This document shows, one piece after another, positions 18,912-28,785 of a stretch of DNA of 64,000 nt (the first letter of the stretch is position 1; the number at the start of each line of letters is the position of its first letter). A program made the translations under genes and the position numbers. Under the pieces are notes generated by a model. It was not told the DNA's origin, did no database searches, and saw nothing but the letters and a program-made list of their open reading frames with translations. The DNA comes from Candidatus Hadarchaeum sp. (lineage in GTDB: Archaea; Hadarchaeota; Hadarchaeia; Hadarchaeales; Hadarchaeaceae), in NCBI RefSeq assembly GCF_049969415.1, contig NZ_JBMFOX010000002.1:1-64000 (forward strand). The letters are read 5' to 3'.

Positions 18912-19783
18912 TGGTCGGGACCCGCGAGATCTTCATCAAGGAGCTTTCCGATAACCTAGGAAGCAAGAGGTTCTGGTTGCTGTTTTTCATCATCTACGCG
19001 CTGGGTATTTTCATGACCTACGGAGCGGTTCAGAACTTGGGGCTGCAGAGGACCTTGGGTGAAAACGTGTTTCTGCAGCTCTTCGTCATCGGCGCGCAGG
19101 GGCTGCCCTCGTTCCTCTGGGTGGTCATCTACATCGCCCCGCTGTTGGGCTTCATCTTCACTTTCGACACGATTAACCGGGAGATCTCCAGTGGCACGCT
19201 GGGCAATGTCCTTTCCCAGCCCGTGCACCGGGATTCCGTGATCAACGCCAAGTTTCTGGCGGGCGTGGCTACCATCGCCATCACCCTAGTCGGCGTGATC
19301 TTCATTGAGATTGGTTTTGCCATTCGGGCTTGGAGTACCCTGCCGACCTTTGAGGAGATAGGCCGAATCCTGATCTTCCTCCTCGTCAGTGTCGTTTACC
19401 TCTCCATCTGGGTCTCCCTGGGACTACTGTTTTCGGTGATCTTCAGAAGGGAGGGGACCTCGGCGCTGGCTTCGGTTGCCGTCTGGCTTTTCTTCAGCTT
19501 TTTCATCTACATGATCGCCTCCCCGCTCAACAGCCTAACGCTGCTGTACTTTTCACCGAACTACATCTTCCTTGAAGCCGCCTACGTGCTGCTCAGCCCC
19601 ACCGTGAGAATCCTAGGCCCAGTGTCGATTGAGAAGTTGTACGGGATGATCGCCACCCCGCTGCCGTTGGACCAGAGCTTGCTGCTGGTCTGGTCGCACA
19701 TAACGACCCTGGTCGCGGTTACGTTTATCATCTTCGCCTTTTCCTATGTGAAGTTCATGAGGCAGGAGATCAGGGCCATCTAG
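18908..19783 (+). CDS. ABC-2 type permease (NosY/COG1277-like)
   Basis: D.INRE..SGTL..LSQPV.R..AKF; multi-TM. Confidence 0.88.
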   Translation: MMVGTREIFIKELSDNLGSKRFWLLFFIIYALGIFMTYGAVQNLGLQRTLGENVFLQLFVIGAQGLPSFLWVVIYIAPLLGFIFTFDTINREISSGTLGNVLSQPVHRDSVINAKFLAGVATIAITLVGVIFIEIGFAIRAWSTLPTFEEIGRILIFLLVSVVYLSIWVSLGLLFSVIFRREGTSALASVAVWLFFSFFIYMIASPLNSLTLLYFSPNYIFLEAAYVLLSPTVRILGPVSIEKLYGMIATPLPLDQSLLLVWSHITTLVAVTFIIFAFSYVKFMRQEIRAI

Positions 19784-19940
19784 TCGATAATTTTTAAATT
19801 AGATTCCGCCCCGTGCTGAACGATTGAATTTGAGGAATCATGGCTCGAAGAACGTCACCAAAAAAGTTTTTAGGAGGAAGTTATGGTTAAGAAACGGGAG
19901 AAAAGTAAAATTTAGGAGGAAAAATTAAAAAGGTGAAAAT

Positions 19941-22286
19941 TTGGCAACCCGATACTATACTGTAGGCAAACCGTCTATCAGGAAGGACGCGATTCCCAAG
20001 GCCACGGGGCAGGAGAAATTCACCTGTGATGTGGTTGTCCCAGGAATGCTTTATGGCAGAATTCTGAGAAGCCCCTACCCGCATGCTAGGGTGAAGAGGA
20101 TTGACACCAGCAGGGCCGAGGGAATGGGTGCGGTCTGTATCACCTTCGAAGACGTTCCCAAGGTGAAGTACAATGAACGGATTGTGAGCGTTCCATCAGC
20201 AACCTTTAAGGACCGGACAGTGCTCACCAATAAGCCCCTCCACGTGGGCGAGGCAATCGCGGCCGTTGCTGCAGAGACGGAGGAAAAGGCCGAAAAAGCG
20301 CTTAGAGCGATTGAAGTGGAGTATGAGGTTCTGGAGCCTGTGTTTGATCCGATTGCAGCAATGAAACCGGGAAAGCCGAGCTTGCACGATTCGATAATCA
20401 TCCAGGACAAGGTTGTTGAGATAAAGAACAACATCGCCGCGAAAGTGGAAATATCCGAAGGCGACGTTGAGAAGGGTTTCCGTGAGGCGGACATCGTCAT
20501 CGAGGGAACGGCCAAGACCAGCAGGGTTTATCACGCCCAGCTGGAGACTAAGTCGGCCGTCGTTGTTCCGGAGCCAAACGGCGGCGTGACCATCTGGACG
20601 ACAACTCAAACCATCCACAACTGTCGGATACTCATCGGCGAGATATTCGGAATACCGTTGAACAAGGTAAACGTCAAGAAGATATCGCTGGGCGGATCTT
20701 TCGGCTCTAGCATTCAGATGAACTCGGTGCTCCCCATTACTGTGGCCCTAGCCCTGAAGGCCAAGAAACCGATTAAGATGTGCACCACCCGTGAAGAGGA
20801 TATGTACGATCACTGCCGATACCCAATGATTCTAAAGTACAAACTTGGGGCCAAAAAGGACGGCAAGCTCGTGGCCGGAGAGATGGAGGTCATCGTTGAT
20901 ATCGGAGCCCACAACATTCAGGCCTATCCTCTCTTGGGCTGCACCGCTGGATGGCTCGTCTCTCTCTATAAGATGCCGAACCTGAAATTCAGCGGCAAGG
21001 CCGTCTATACCAACAAGGCACCGGCCTGCGCGATGCAAGGCTTTGGAAATCCCCAGGTGAACTTCATCGCACAAACGATGATGAACGAGGTGGCGGAGAA
21101 ACTGGGCTTGGACCCCATCGAAGTTGAGCTCAAGAACTACGTTGGTCTCGGCGATGTCTTCTGGGGACAGGGTCCGACGGTTAGGTCGGTGATTAGAAGT
21201 TGTGGAGTTGAGGAGCTGATCAAAAAAGGGTCTGAAATGATCGGATGGAAAAACCGAGGCAGGCCAGAGGACAAGAAGGGAGACATCGTTAGAGGCATCG
21301 GCATGGCGCGCGGTTTCCACACCTCAAGCGCCGGTGGGCCGATGGCCGGTGAGGCGGTCGACTTTTCCGGTGCAATGATCAAGATAAACGAGGACGGGAC
21401 GGTTGACGTCATTGCCTCGCTTCAGGACATGGGCGGAGGCGCGCTTGAGGCCGGCTTAAAGATAGTGGCCGAGACGCTCGGCGTGCCCTTGGATTGCGTG
21501 GAGCTGGCGCCTACGGACACCTGCACCTCGGTTTATGACGTTTGCCTGCATGCCACCAGAGGAGTCTATGCCGGCGGGGGAGCTTTGAAAAAGGTCGCCG
21601 AACAGGTGAGACAGAAACTGCTGGAATTCGCGTCGAGGATTCTGGAAGTTTACCCCCACGCGTTGAGGATTCGGCCCGATGAAAATATCAAGCAAGGAAT
21701 AGTCTACGCCGAGGGAATCCCTGGAAAGGAGATAACCGTCAAAGAGGTGGCTGCGACCGCCAGAAACAAGAACTGGGGAACGATAGCCGCCGTTGACAGC
21801 CTCAGACAGGGCCAGTGTCCTCCAGCTTACACCGTCTACTTCGTTGAGGTCGAGGTCAACAAGCGGACCGGAGAGGTGAAACCGGTGCGTGCGGTTATAG
21901 GAGCTGACTGCGGGACGGTCATCGATCCGATCTATGCGGTGGCCCAGATTCACGGAAGCTTCTACCGTGGCCTCAGCTATGTGCTCTGTGAGGATACCAA
22001 GTACAACCGGAAGACCGGAGAGCTGACCAATAAGGGCCTCTTATCAGGTTACAACATACTGAAGGCCGAGGACATGCCCAACCCGGACGACATTCAGGTG
22101 TTCTTCGCCCACACCTACGAGGACACGGGACCTTTTGGAGCTAAGGGGATTGGAGAGGCTGCAATAAACCCCGTTCCTGCGGTGGTTGCCAACGCGATTT
22201 ACAACGCAATCGGAGTTTGGATCCGGGAGATGCCGATAACGCCGGAAAAGGTTCTAAAGGCCCTGAGGGAAAAGGGAGGGAATTAG
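19941..22286 (+). CDS. Xanthine dehydrogenase family molybdopterin-binding subunit
   Basis: LRSPYPHA, GGSFG, AMQGFG, QDMGGG, GPFGAKGIGE. Confidence 0.93.
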   Translation: MATRYYTVGKPSIRKDAIPKATGQEKFTCDVVVPGMLYGRILRSPYPHARVKRIDTSRAEGMGAVCITFEDVPKVKYNERIVSVPSATFKDRTVLTNKPLHVGEAIAAVAAETEEKAEKALRAIEVEYEVLEPVFDPIAAMKPGKPSLHDSIIIQDKVVEIKNNIAAKVEISEGDVEKGFREADIVIEGTAKTSRVYHAQLETKSAVVVPEPNGGVTIWTTTQTIHNCRILIGEIFGIPLNKVNVKKISLGGSFGSSIQMNSVLPITVALALKAKKPIKMCTTREEDMYDHCRYPMILKYKLGAKKDGKLVAGEMEVIVDIGAHNIQAYPLLGCTAGWLVSLYKMPNLKFSGKAVYTNKAPACAMQGFGNPQVNFIAQTMMNEVAEKLGLDPIEVELKNYVGLGDVFWGQGPTVRSVIRSCGVEELIKKGSEMIGWKNRGRPEDKKGDIVRGIGMARGFHTSSAGGPMAGEAVDFSGAMIKINEDGTVDVIASLQDMGGGALEAGLKIVAETLGVPLDCVELAPTDTCTSVYDVCLHATRGVYAGGGALKKVAEQVRQKLLEFASRILEVYPHALRIRPDENIKQGIVYAEGIPGKEITVKEVAATARNKNWGTIAAVDSLRQGQCPPAYTVYFVEVEVNKRTGEVKPVRAVIGADCGTVIDPIYAVAQIHGSFYRGLSYVLCEDTKYNRKTGELTNKGLLSGYNILKAEDMPNPDDIQVFFAHTYEDTGPFGAKGIGEAAINPVPAVVANAIYNAIGVWIREMPITPEKVLKALREKGGN

Positions 22287-22287
22287 A

Positions 22288-23124
22288 ATGGTGAACACGA
22301 GAATATTGGTGAATGAATTCGAATACTTTGAGCCAAAGACAGTTGCCGAAGCGGTGGACTTGCTCGCCAGATACGGAAAGGACGCCAAGATACTCGCCGG
22401 CGGCACCAACCTGCTTGTCGACATGAAATTGGAAAAGGTCGGCCCCAAGTACCTGATTTACACGGGTAAAATACCGGAGCTGCGTTCGATAAAAAGGGTC
22501 GGTTCCGAGGTGGTCGTCGGCGCCAACGTCACCTTTTTTGAGATGATGCGGGCACCTGAGCTCAAGGACTGTTTCATGATCCGAGAGGCTTTTGAGAGCG
22601 TGCAGCTTGAAATCAGGAGAATGGGCACAATTGGGGGGAACGTCTGTAACGCGGCCCCCACCGCCAGCGCCGCGCCCCCGCTGCTAGCGCTTGAGGCGAA
22701 GGTGAAGCTCGTCAGCAAGCGGGGCTCTAGGGTGGTGCCGCTGGAAGAGGTTTTCGTCGGTGACAGGAGGACCTCGCTGGCTCCGGATGAGTTGCTCACT
22801 GAGATACACATACCGCTGCCGAACAGCAGTTACGGTGCCGCCTTTGGCGAGATAAAGAGAAAGATAAAGTTCGCTATGGTAATCGGCCGCCAAGGAAACG
22901 TTTGCAATTACAGCAGAATAGCGATGGGTGGGGACATAGAGAAGCCCACAAGGGTGAGAAATGCCGAAAGCCTGCTCGTGGGCAAGAGCTTGGACGGGAA
23001 CACAGTTAAGGCAGCTTGCGCGGCGGCGGTGGCAGAAATCGACCCTGAGAACTGGTACGTCAGGGAAATAGCGGAATACCTGTTTCAGAAGGTGCTTCAG
23101 GAGGCTTGGGCAAGAGCGAGGTGA
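22288..23124 (+). CDS. Xanthine dehydrogenase family FAD-binding subunit
   Basis: LAGGTNL, IRRMGTIGGN. Confidence 0.92.
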   Translation: MVNTRILVNEFEYFEPKTVAEAVDLLARYGKDAKILAGGTNLLVDMKLEKVGPKYLIYTGKIPELRSIKRVGSEVVVGANVTFFEMMRAPELKDCFMIREAFESVQLEIRRMGTIGGNVCNAAPTASAAPPLLALEAKVKLVSKRGSRVVPLEEVFVGDRRTSLAPDELLTEIHIPLPNSSYGAAFGEIKRKIKFAMVIGRQGNVCNYSRIAMGGDIEKPTRVRNAESLLVGKSLDGNTVKAACAAAVAEIDPENWYVREIAEYLFQKVLQEAWARAR

Positions 23125-23129
23125 TTGCT

Positions 23130-23606
23130 GTGGAAGAGAGAAAGATTAAGGTGAAAGTTAACGGAAAGGAATGCGAACTGTCCGTGAGACCGAATGAGCT
23201 GCTTCTCAACGTGTTGAGAAACAAGCTGGGGCTGTGCGGAACTAAATACGGTTGTGGAACTGGAGACTGCGGAGCCTGCACCGTTTTGGTCAACAACGAG
23301 CCGAGACTTTCCTGCCTCACCTTGGCCGTGACTGTGGATGGTGCTGAGATAACCACCATTGAGGGTCTAGCGACGGACGGAAAGCTGCACCCGATTCAAG
23401 AGGCCTTTGTGAAGAACGGTGCTATCCAGTGCGGGTTCTGCATTCCTGGCATAATAATAATGGCTAAAGCCCTGTTGGACGAGAACCCCAACCCCACCGA
23501 CGAGGATATAAAGAAGGCATTGAAGGGACACCTCTGCAGGTGCACGGGATACATCAATATCATCAAGGCGATTAAGGCAGCTGCCCTTGAGATTTCAAAA
23601 GCATAA
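23130..23606 (+). CDS. Xanthine dehydrogenase family [2Fe-2S] subunit
   Basis: GCGTGDCGACTV, QCGFC, CRCTGY. Confidence 0.94.
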   Translation: MEERKIKVKVNGKECELSVRPNELLLNVLRNKLGLCGTKYGCGTGDCGACTVLVNNEPRLSCLTLAVTVDGAEITTIEGLATDGKLHPIQEAFVKNGAIQCGFCIPGIIIMAKALLDENPNPTDEDIKKALKGHLCRCTGYINIIKAIKAAALEISKA

Positions 23607-23611
23607 GAAAT

Positions 23612-23830
23612 ATGAGCAAGATCAAAGTTTTTGAGGGAGGGCACTTAGTTCAGGAGCTGACGATAGAAGAGGCTTTGGAGCTAATAAAACAGAGATTTTT
23701 CGAGGGCCAGTCCGTCATCATTGACGGGGTCTACGTGGACGCCTCTGATATTGAAAAGGTCAAGGAGAAGCTCTCCAAAGCGAAGGAGGGCATCTCCTTT
23801 TTCCCTTTGATCGGCGGCGGAAAATTCTAG
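23612..23830 (+). CDS. Putative ubiquitin-like (MoaD/SAMP-type) protein with C-terminal extension
   Basis: 72 aa; ends ISFFPLIGGG-KF; VIIDG strand resembles the beta-grasp v.vNG motif. Confidence 0.6.
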   Translation: MSKIKVFEGGHLVQELTIEEALELIKQRFFEGQSVIIDGVYVDASDIEKVKEKLSKAKEGISFFPLIGGGKF

Positions 23831-23843
23831 CCGGAATTTTAGC

Positions 23844-24905
23844 TCAAGGCATTACCATTGCCATTACTGCTTTTTGCACATGTAATCTGTTTTCGGCCTC
23901 TTCAAAGTAAAGCGAGCGCTTGTAGGTATCGAGGACTTCGTCGGTGACTTCCTGACCTCGATCGGCCGGACCACAGTGCATGTAGTATGCTTTGTTAGTC
24001 TTGTCCAGCAGTTCCATCGTGGTTATCCAGTTCTTGAACTTAGCTTGATAGGCCGAAGCTCCTTCCTTATCAACAGTATTATTATAGGGCGGTACAAACT
24101 GCTTCGGCGACCAAGCCTTGGGATAGACGAAGTCGGCCCCCTCAAAGGCCTCCTCCATATTATAGCAGATTTCGAAGCTACCACCATATTTTTCCACGTT
24201 TTTCTTGCAGTCCTCGATGACGCTGTCCTCGAGTTCGAAGCCCTTTGGATGTGCCAGCACTACATCCATCCCCATTTGGGTGGCGATTAGGACCTCGTTC
24301 TGGGGGACGGCGAGCGGCTTTAAGCCTCCAGAGTAGGCATAGGACACGACGAACTTCTTGCCCTCCAGTTTCGGCTCTACAGCTCTCGCCGCCTGTATGT
24401 CGGCCAGAGCTTGGAAGGGATGATACATGTCGTCCTCCATGTTCAACACAGGGATGTCTGCCCACTTGGCGAACTCCTGTATCACTCGGTGGCCGCGCCC
24501 GATAATCCACTTGGCAGCGTCGCCGTAGATCCTGATGGCGATGGTGTCACCGTACCGACTCAGAACCCTAGCCACGTCGGATATTGCCTCCGTGGCGTAG
24601 GGGACCATGTCCTCAGGCAATGTGGGAGTGTAAAGGTCCTGAGGGCTGAGGAAATGCGCGTGTCCTCCGAGCTGGTAAATTCCTGCCTCGAATGAGTTGC
24701 GCGTGCGGAGCGATCGGTTGTAGAAAATCATAAAGAGAGTCCTGCCGGGCAGATAGTTCGTAGGGGTCCTTTTTCTGAATTTTTTCTTTAGATCGTCCGC
24801 AGCGTCGAGAATTTTTTTGATTTCCGCCTGCGTGAAATCTTGCGTGTTAATAAAATCCTTTCCCTTCATGGAGCCAACATATTTAGGAACTGGCATTCGA
24901 ATCAC
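23844..24905 (-). CDS. YgeW-like carbamoyltransferase (ATC/OTC superfamily)
   Basis: SLRT, HPFQ, YAYS..KPLAVPQ, ADFVYPKAWSP, HCGPADRG, AENRLH. Confidence 0.82.
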   Translation of the reverse strand: MIRMPVPKYVGSMKGKDFINTQDFTQAEIKKILDAADDLKKKFRKRTPTNYLPGRTLFMIFYNRSLRTRNSFEAGIYQLGGHAHFLSPQDLYTPTLPEDMVPYATEAISDVARVLSRYGDTIAIRIYGDAAKWIIGRGHRVIQEFAKWADIPVLNMEDDMYHPFQALADIQAARAVEPKLEGKKFVVSYAYSGGLKPLAVPQNEVLIATQMGMDVVLAHPKGFELEDSVIEDCKKNVEKYGGSFEICYNMEEAFEGADFVYPKAWSPKQFVPPYNNTVDKEGASAYQAKFKNWITTMELLDKTNKAYYMHCGPADRGQEVTDEVLDTYKRSLYFEEAENRLHVQKAVMAMVMP

Positions 24906-25001
24906 TGAAAATACCAGCTCATTCCATAATTTAAACTTTTTTGGAAAGGCGGGTTTTCTGAAAAGTCTTTATCTCTGGCCTCTCAGATTTCAGTGGTGTC
25001 G

Positions 25002-27431
25002 ATGAGGGGATTGCTGCTGGATATTGACTTTGCCGAGGAAGAGGAGAGACCTAACATAAGACTATTTGTAAAAACCGGGACAGAAACAGTGGTGGCAGTT
25101 GACACCACGTTTGAGGAATATTTTTACGTGGTTTCAGATCATCCGGATAAAACCAGCAAGCTGATTGAAAAAATTGAACTGGAGGAAGATGGTGTACGGG
25201 TACGGCCGAAATATGTCGAGATAGTCAAGCGGACCTTTCTGGGTTGCGAGGTTGAAGCGATAAGGGTTTCTTTTTACCAGCCCAAGGATGCAGCCAAACT
25301 AAGGCACAAAATTCGAGAGTTGCCAGGAGTTAAAGAGATATATGAGTTCGATTTGCCCACGACGAGACGTTATCTGATTGATCGTGGACTAACTCCAATG
25401 GCGGGCATTGAGATAACCGGTACGGTTGAAGTTAAGGACGGCGTTAAGACGATAGAGATGGAAAAGCCACCACGGCCAGCGCAAGTGGAGGAGCCCAAGC
25501 TGAATATAATGAGTTTTGACATTGAGGTTTACAACCCCACCGGCAGCGTCAGGCCCGACAAGGACCCGATAATAATGATTAGCTTAGCCGACAACCGCGG
25601 CTTGAGAAAGGTCATCACTTGGAAAGATTTTGATAACAAACCAGATTACGTTGAGGTGGTCGGCAGTGAGCGTGAGGTGATAAAGAGGTTTGTGGATTTG
25701 GTGAAGGAGCGAGATGTCGACATTCTGCTGGGATATAATACGGACCTTTTTGATCTGCCCTACATTCGCAGCCGGGCCAAGCAGTTGAAGGTGAAGCTGG
25801 ATTTGGGCCGCGATGGTTCCGAGTTGGTTGTGCGCAAACGTAGATTCGCGACCGCCTCCAAGATTCGTGGTCGCATTCATGTTGATGTTTTTGCCATGGT
25901 TGATTTTCTGGCTACCATCGGCTCGATCAAGTTGATCCATTATTCACTGGGTGATGTTTACCGCCACTTTTCCGGCAAGGAAAAGCCGGACTTTGAGTTC
26001 TCCGATATGGTTAATGCTTGGGAGAAAGGAGGTGATGCAGGTCGGAGATTTCTGGAGTACTCCATGTCAGATGCGGACGCCGCGCTGGAGGTCGGCTTGG
26101 AACTGCTGCCGCTTTTCCTCGGTCTGACCCGTGTTGTGGGGCAGACGCTTTTCGATGTCCAGAGAATGACCCCCGGGCAGCTAGTAGAGTGGTTGCTGAT
26201 CGCCGAGGCACACCGAATCGGCGAGCTGGTACCGCCGCGGCCCGTTGGGGAGGAGTTTGAGGAAAGAGTGGAAGAGACGTTTGCGGGAGCATACGTGATG
26301 GAACCGGTGAAAGGGCTTCACGAGGACCTGGTGGTTTTTGATTTTCGGTCCTTGTACCCTTCGATAATTGTAACCCACAATATTGATCCCTCCACACTGA
26401 ACTGTAAGGACTGCCGGCCGGGCGAGCGAGAGCAGGTTCCAAGGCTTGATTACTACTTCTGCAAGCGGAGGAGGGGCTTCATTCCGACCATTCTGCAACG
26501 AATCATCGAAGAGAGAACCAAACTGAAGGCCGAACTTAAAAAAATCGGTCGAGATTCCAAGGAGTATCGGGTCCTTGACGCTCGGCAGTGGGCGATGAAG
26601 ATAGTTGCCAATTCCTTTTATGGCATGCTCGGCTATCCGCGGGCTAGGTGGTATTCCAAGCAGTGCGCGGAAAGCGTGACCAGCTTCGGCAGGTATTATA
26701 TTCAGAGGACGATTGAGATGGCGCGTGAGTTTGGCCTTGAGGTAATCTACGGAGATACCGACAGCCTGCACTGTAAGTTAAAAGGCAAAACGCGGGATGA
26801 GGCCATGCTCTTCCTCAAGAAGGCCAACGAGAGTTTGCCCGGGATCATGGAGCTGGAGTTAGAGGGCTTTTACCCCCGCGGTATTTTCATTACCAAGAAG
26901 CGCTACGCCATGATTGATGATGAGGGCCGCATGGTCGTTAAGGGTCTGGAGTTCGTCCGCAGGGACTGGGCGGCGATAGCCAAGAGAACACAGGAGGAGG
27001 TGTTGAAAGCAATTCTGCTTGATGGTTCGCCCAAGAAGGCGGCGGAGATTATCAGGAAAATCACTCGTGATGTTTATGAAGGCCGTGTTAACATCGAGGA
27101 TTTGATCATCTACACTCAGCTGAAGATGCCCATTGAGAGCTACAAGGCAATCGGTCCGCACGTGGTAGCAGCCAAGCGTCTCAGGAAACTGGGTCATGAG
27201 ATTGAGCCCGGGATGATGATAGCCTACATCGAGGTCAAGGGTCCGGGGAGCATAAGCGATCGCGCGGTTCCGGTTGAGGACTTTAAGGGTAAGGAGTACG
27301 ACCCAGATTACTACGTTGGGCATCAGATTTTACCCGCCGTGATGAGAATTATGGAGGTTCTCGGCTACCGCGAGGAAGATCTTAAGTTTGAGAAGGAGAG
27401 GCAGGTTGGGCTCGACCGGTTTATGAGATGA
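25002..27431 (+). CDS. polB: Family B DNA polymerase, intein-free
   Basis: FDIE, YNTDLFD, DFRSLYPS, KIVANSFYG, YGDTDS, KKRY; C-terminal PIP box QVGLDRF. Confidence 0.97.
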   Translation: MRGLLLDIDFAEEEERPNIRLFVKTGTETVVAVDTTFEEYFYVVSDHPDKTSKLIEKIELEEDGVRVRPKYVEIVKRTFLGCEVEAIRVSFYQPKDAAKLRHKIRELPGVKEIYEFDLPTTRRYLIDRGLTPMAGIEITGTVEVKDGVKTIEMEKPPRPAQVEEPKLNIMSFDIEVYNPTGSVRPDKDPIIMISLADNRGLRKVITWKDFDNKPDYVEVVGSEREVIKRFVDLVKERDVDILLGYNTDLFDLPYIRSRAKQLKVKLDLGRDGSELVVRKRRFATASKIRGRIHVDVFAMVDFLATIGSIKLIHYSLGDVYRHFSGKEKPDFEFSDMVNAWEKGGDAGRRFLEYSMSDADAALEVGLELLPLFLGLTRVVGQTLFDVQRMTPGQLVEWLLIAEAHRIGELVPPRPVGEEFEERVEETFAGAYVMEPVKGLHEDLVVFDFRSLYPSIIVTHNIDPSTLNCKDCRPGEREQVPRLDYYFCKRRRGFIPTILQRIIEERTKLKAELKKIGRDSKEYRVLDARQWAMKIVANSFYGMLGYPRARWYSKQCAESVTSFGRYYIQRTIEMAREFGLEVIYGDTDSLHCKLKGKTRDEAMLFLKKANESLPGIMELELEGFYPRGIFITKKRYAMIDDEGRMVVKGLEFVRRDWAAIAKRTQEEVLKAILLDGSPKKAAEIIRKITRDVYEGRVNIEDLIIYTQLKMPIESYKAIGPHVVAAKRLRKLGHEIEPGMMIAYIEVKGPGSISDRAVPVEDFKGKEYDPDYYVGHQILPAVMRIMEVLGYREEDLKFEKERQVGLDRFMR

Positions 27432-27825
27432 TGAGTTCGCCGTTTGAGGCCAGGGCCACTTCAAAAGCCTTAGTTACCGAGCGGCCGTGGATTTTGTCCC
27501 CAGCCTCTTGCTTTACTCTAGCGATGATTTCGGCGGTGCCAAAACTCACCCTAATCTTGGCGGCATCGGCGGCTTCAAAAATTCTTTTTGGTAGCTGAAG
27601 GATGTCATCGCCTTGATTCACGGTGACGATTACCGGAGCCTTCAATCTTTCAAAAAGTTTTAAGGTCCTTTCTGCCCGCGCGATGTTCTCTTTAGCCCGG
27701 CGCTCGAGGATGCTGACATTAGCCCGGGAGGTGTTAAGCCTGCGGGCTATCTCTGCTTGAGTGAGTCCTCTCAATCTGAGTTCAAGAACCCTCTGCTGGG
27801 CCTCAGTCAGGAAGGTATCCTCCAT
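27421..27825 (-). CDS. tfx: Tfx family DNA-binding protein
   Basis: TFLTE.Q..VL.LR..GLTQ.EIA..L.TSRANVS.LE.RA..NI. Confidence 0.88.
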   Translation of the reverse strand: MEDTFLTEAQQRVLELRLRGLTQAEIARRLNTSRANVSILERRAKENIARAERTLKLFERLKAPVIVTVNQGDDILQLPKRIFEAADAAKIRVSFGTAEIIARVKQEAGDKIHGRSVTKAFEVALASNGELIIS

Positions 27826-27880
27826 GTACCCCAAGTTTTAATTGGTACCGCGCATTAAACAACTTTCGTCTGGTGGTATT

Positions 27881-28774
27881 GTGTTGAATCCAGAGGAGCT
27901 GGAAAAGTATCGAAAGGCGGGAAAGTTGCTAGCTGAAGTTCGCGAACAGGTGCGGCCGCTGGTCAAGCCAGGGGTCAGCCTGCTTGAGATAGCTGAGAAC
28001 GCCGAGAAGCTTATTGTTGAGAGAGGGGCCAAGCCGGCCTTTCCCTGCAACGTTTCGGTTAACGAGATTGCAGCCCACTACAGCCCTCCTGCCGACGATG
28101 AGACGGTGATTAAACCGGGAGACATGGTTAAGGTCGATATCGGAGCTCACGTCGACGGTTACATCGCCGATACCGCCTTCACCGTGGCTACCGGAGAAAA
28201 AGCAGAAATGGTTCAGGTAGTGGAGAAGGCGCTTGAAGCCGCGATCGCCGTGGTTAAACCCGGGATTGATGTTGGAGAAATCGGCAGGGTTGTCGAGGAG
28301 ACGGCAACGGCGGCGGGATTTAAGTCTATTCGTAACCTTACCGGGCACAGCTTGGCCCGGTGGGACCTCCATTCGGGTCTTACCATTCCTAATGTCAAGG
28401 AAACTACTGGAGTGGTTCTAAAAGCGGGCGATGTTCTGGCCATTGAGCCTTTTATCACGGACGGTGCCGGATTTGTTGAGGATAAAAAGAGCCTTTACAT
28501 CTTCAGATATCTGCGTGACGTTCCCACCCGGTTGCGGATGTCTCGTGAGCTATTGAGGGATGTAAAGCGGGATTACAACGGACTTCCCTTTGCCGAAAGG
28601 TGGCTGGCGAAGCGCATGTCAAAGCTCCGTCTAGAGCTGACCCTTAGGGAGTTGGTAGGAAACGGCGCCTTCTGGCCCTATTATGTCTTAGCTGAGCGGG
28701 CCAATGGCAAGGTGGCGCAGGCGGAGCACACGGTAATAGTTACCGAAACCAGCTGCGAAGTGACGACGCGTTGA
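27881..28774 (+). CDS. map: Methionine aminopeptidase type II
   Basis: AFP..AAHYSP, KVDIGAHVDGYIAD, NLTGH, AIEPF, AEHT. Confidence 0.96.
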   Translation: MLNPEELEKYRKAGKLLAEVREQVRPLVKPGVSLLEIAENAEKLIVERGAKPAFPCNVSVNEIAAHYSPPADDETVIKPGDMVKVDIGAHVDGYIADTAFTVATGEKAEMVQVVEKALEAAIAVVKPGIDVGEIGRVVEETATAAGFKSIRNLTGHSLARWDLHSGLTIPNVKETTGVVLKAGDVLAIEPFITDGAGFVEDKKSLYIFRYLRDVPTRLRMSRELLRDVKRDYNGLPFAERWLAKRMSKLRLELTLRELVGNGAFWPYYVLAERANGKVAQAEHTVIVTETSCEVTTR

Positions 28775-28785
28775 GTCCGGGAAGT

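Noticed and set aside
19941-22286. Aerobic CO dehydrogenase CoxL
   Set aside because: Lacks the AYxCSFR Cu-binding loop
23844-24905. Canonical ornithine carbamoyltransferase argF
   Set aside because: No DxxxSMG ornithine loop; YgeW-type motifs present instead
25002-27431. Intein in PolB, or in Lhr or the ligase
   Set aside because: Lengths are normal and catalytic motifs are uninterrupted
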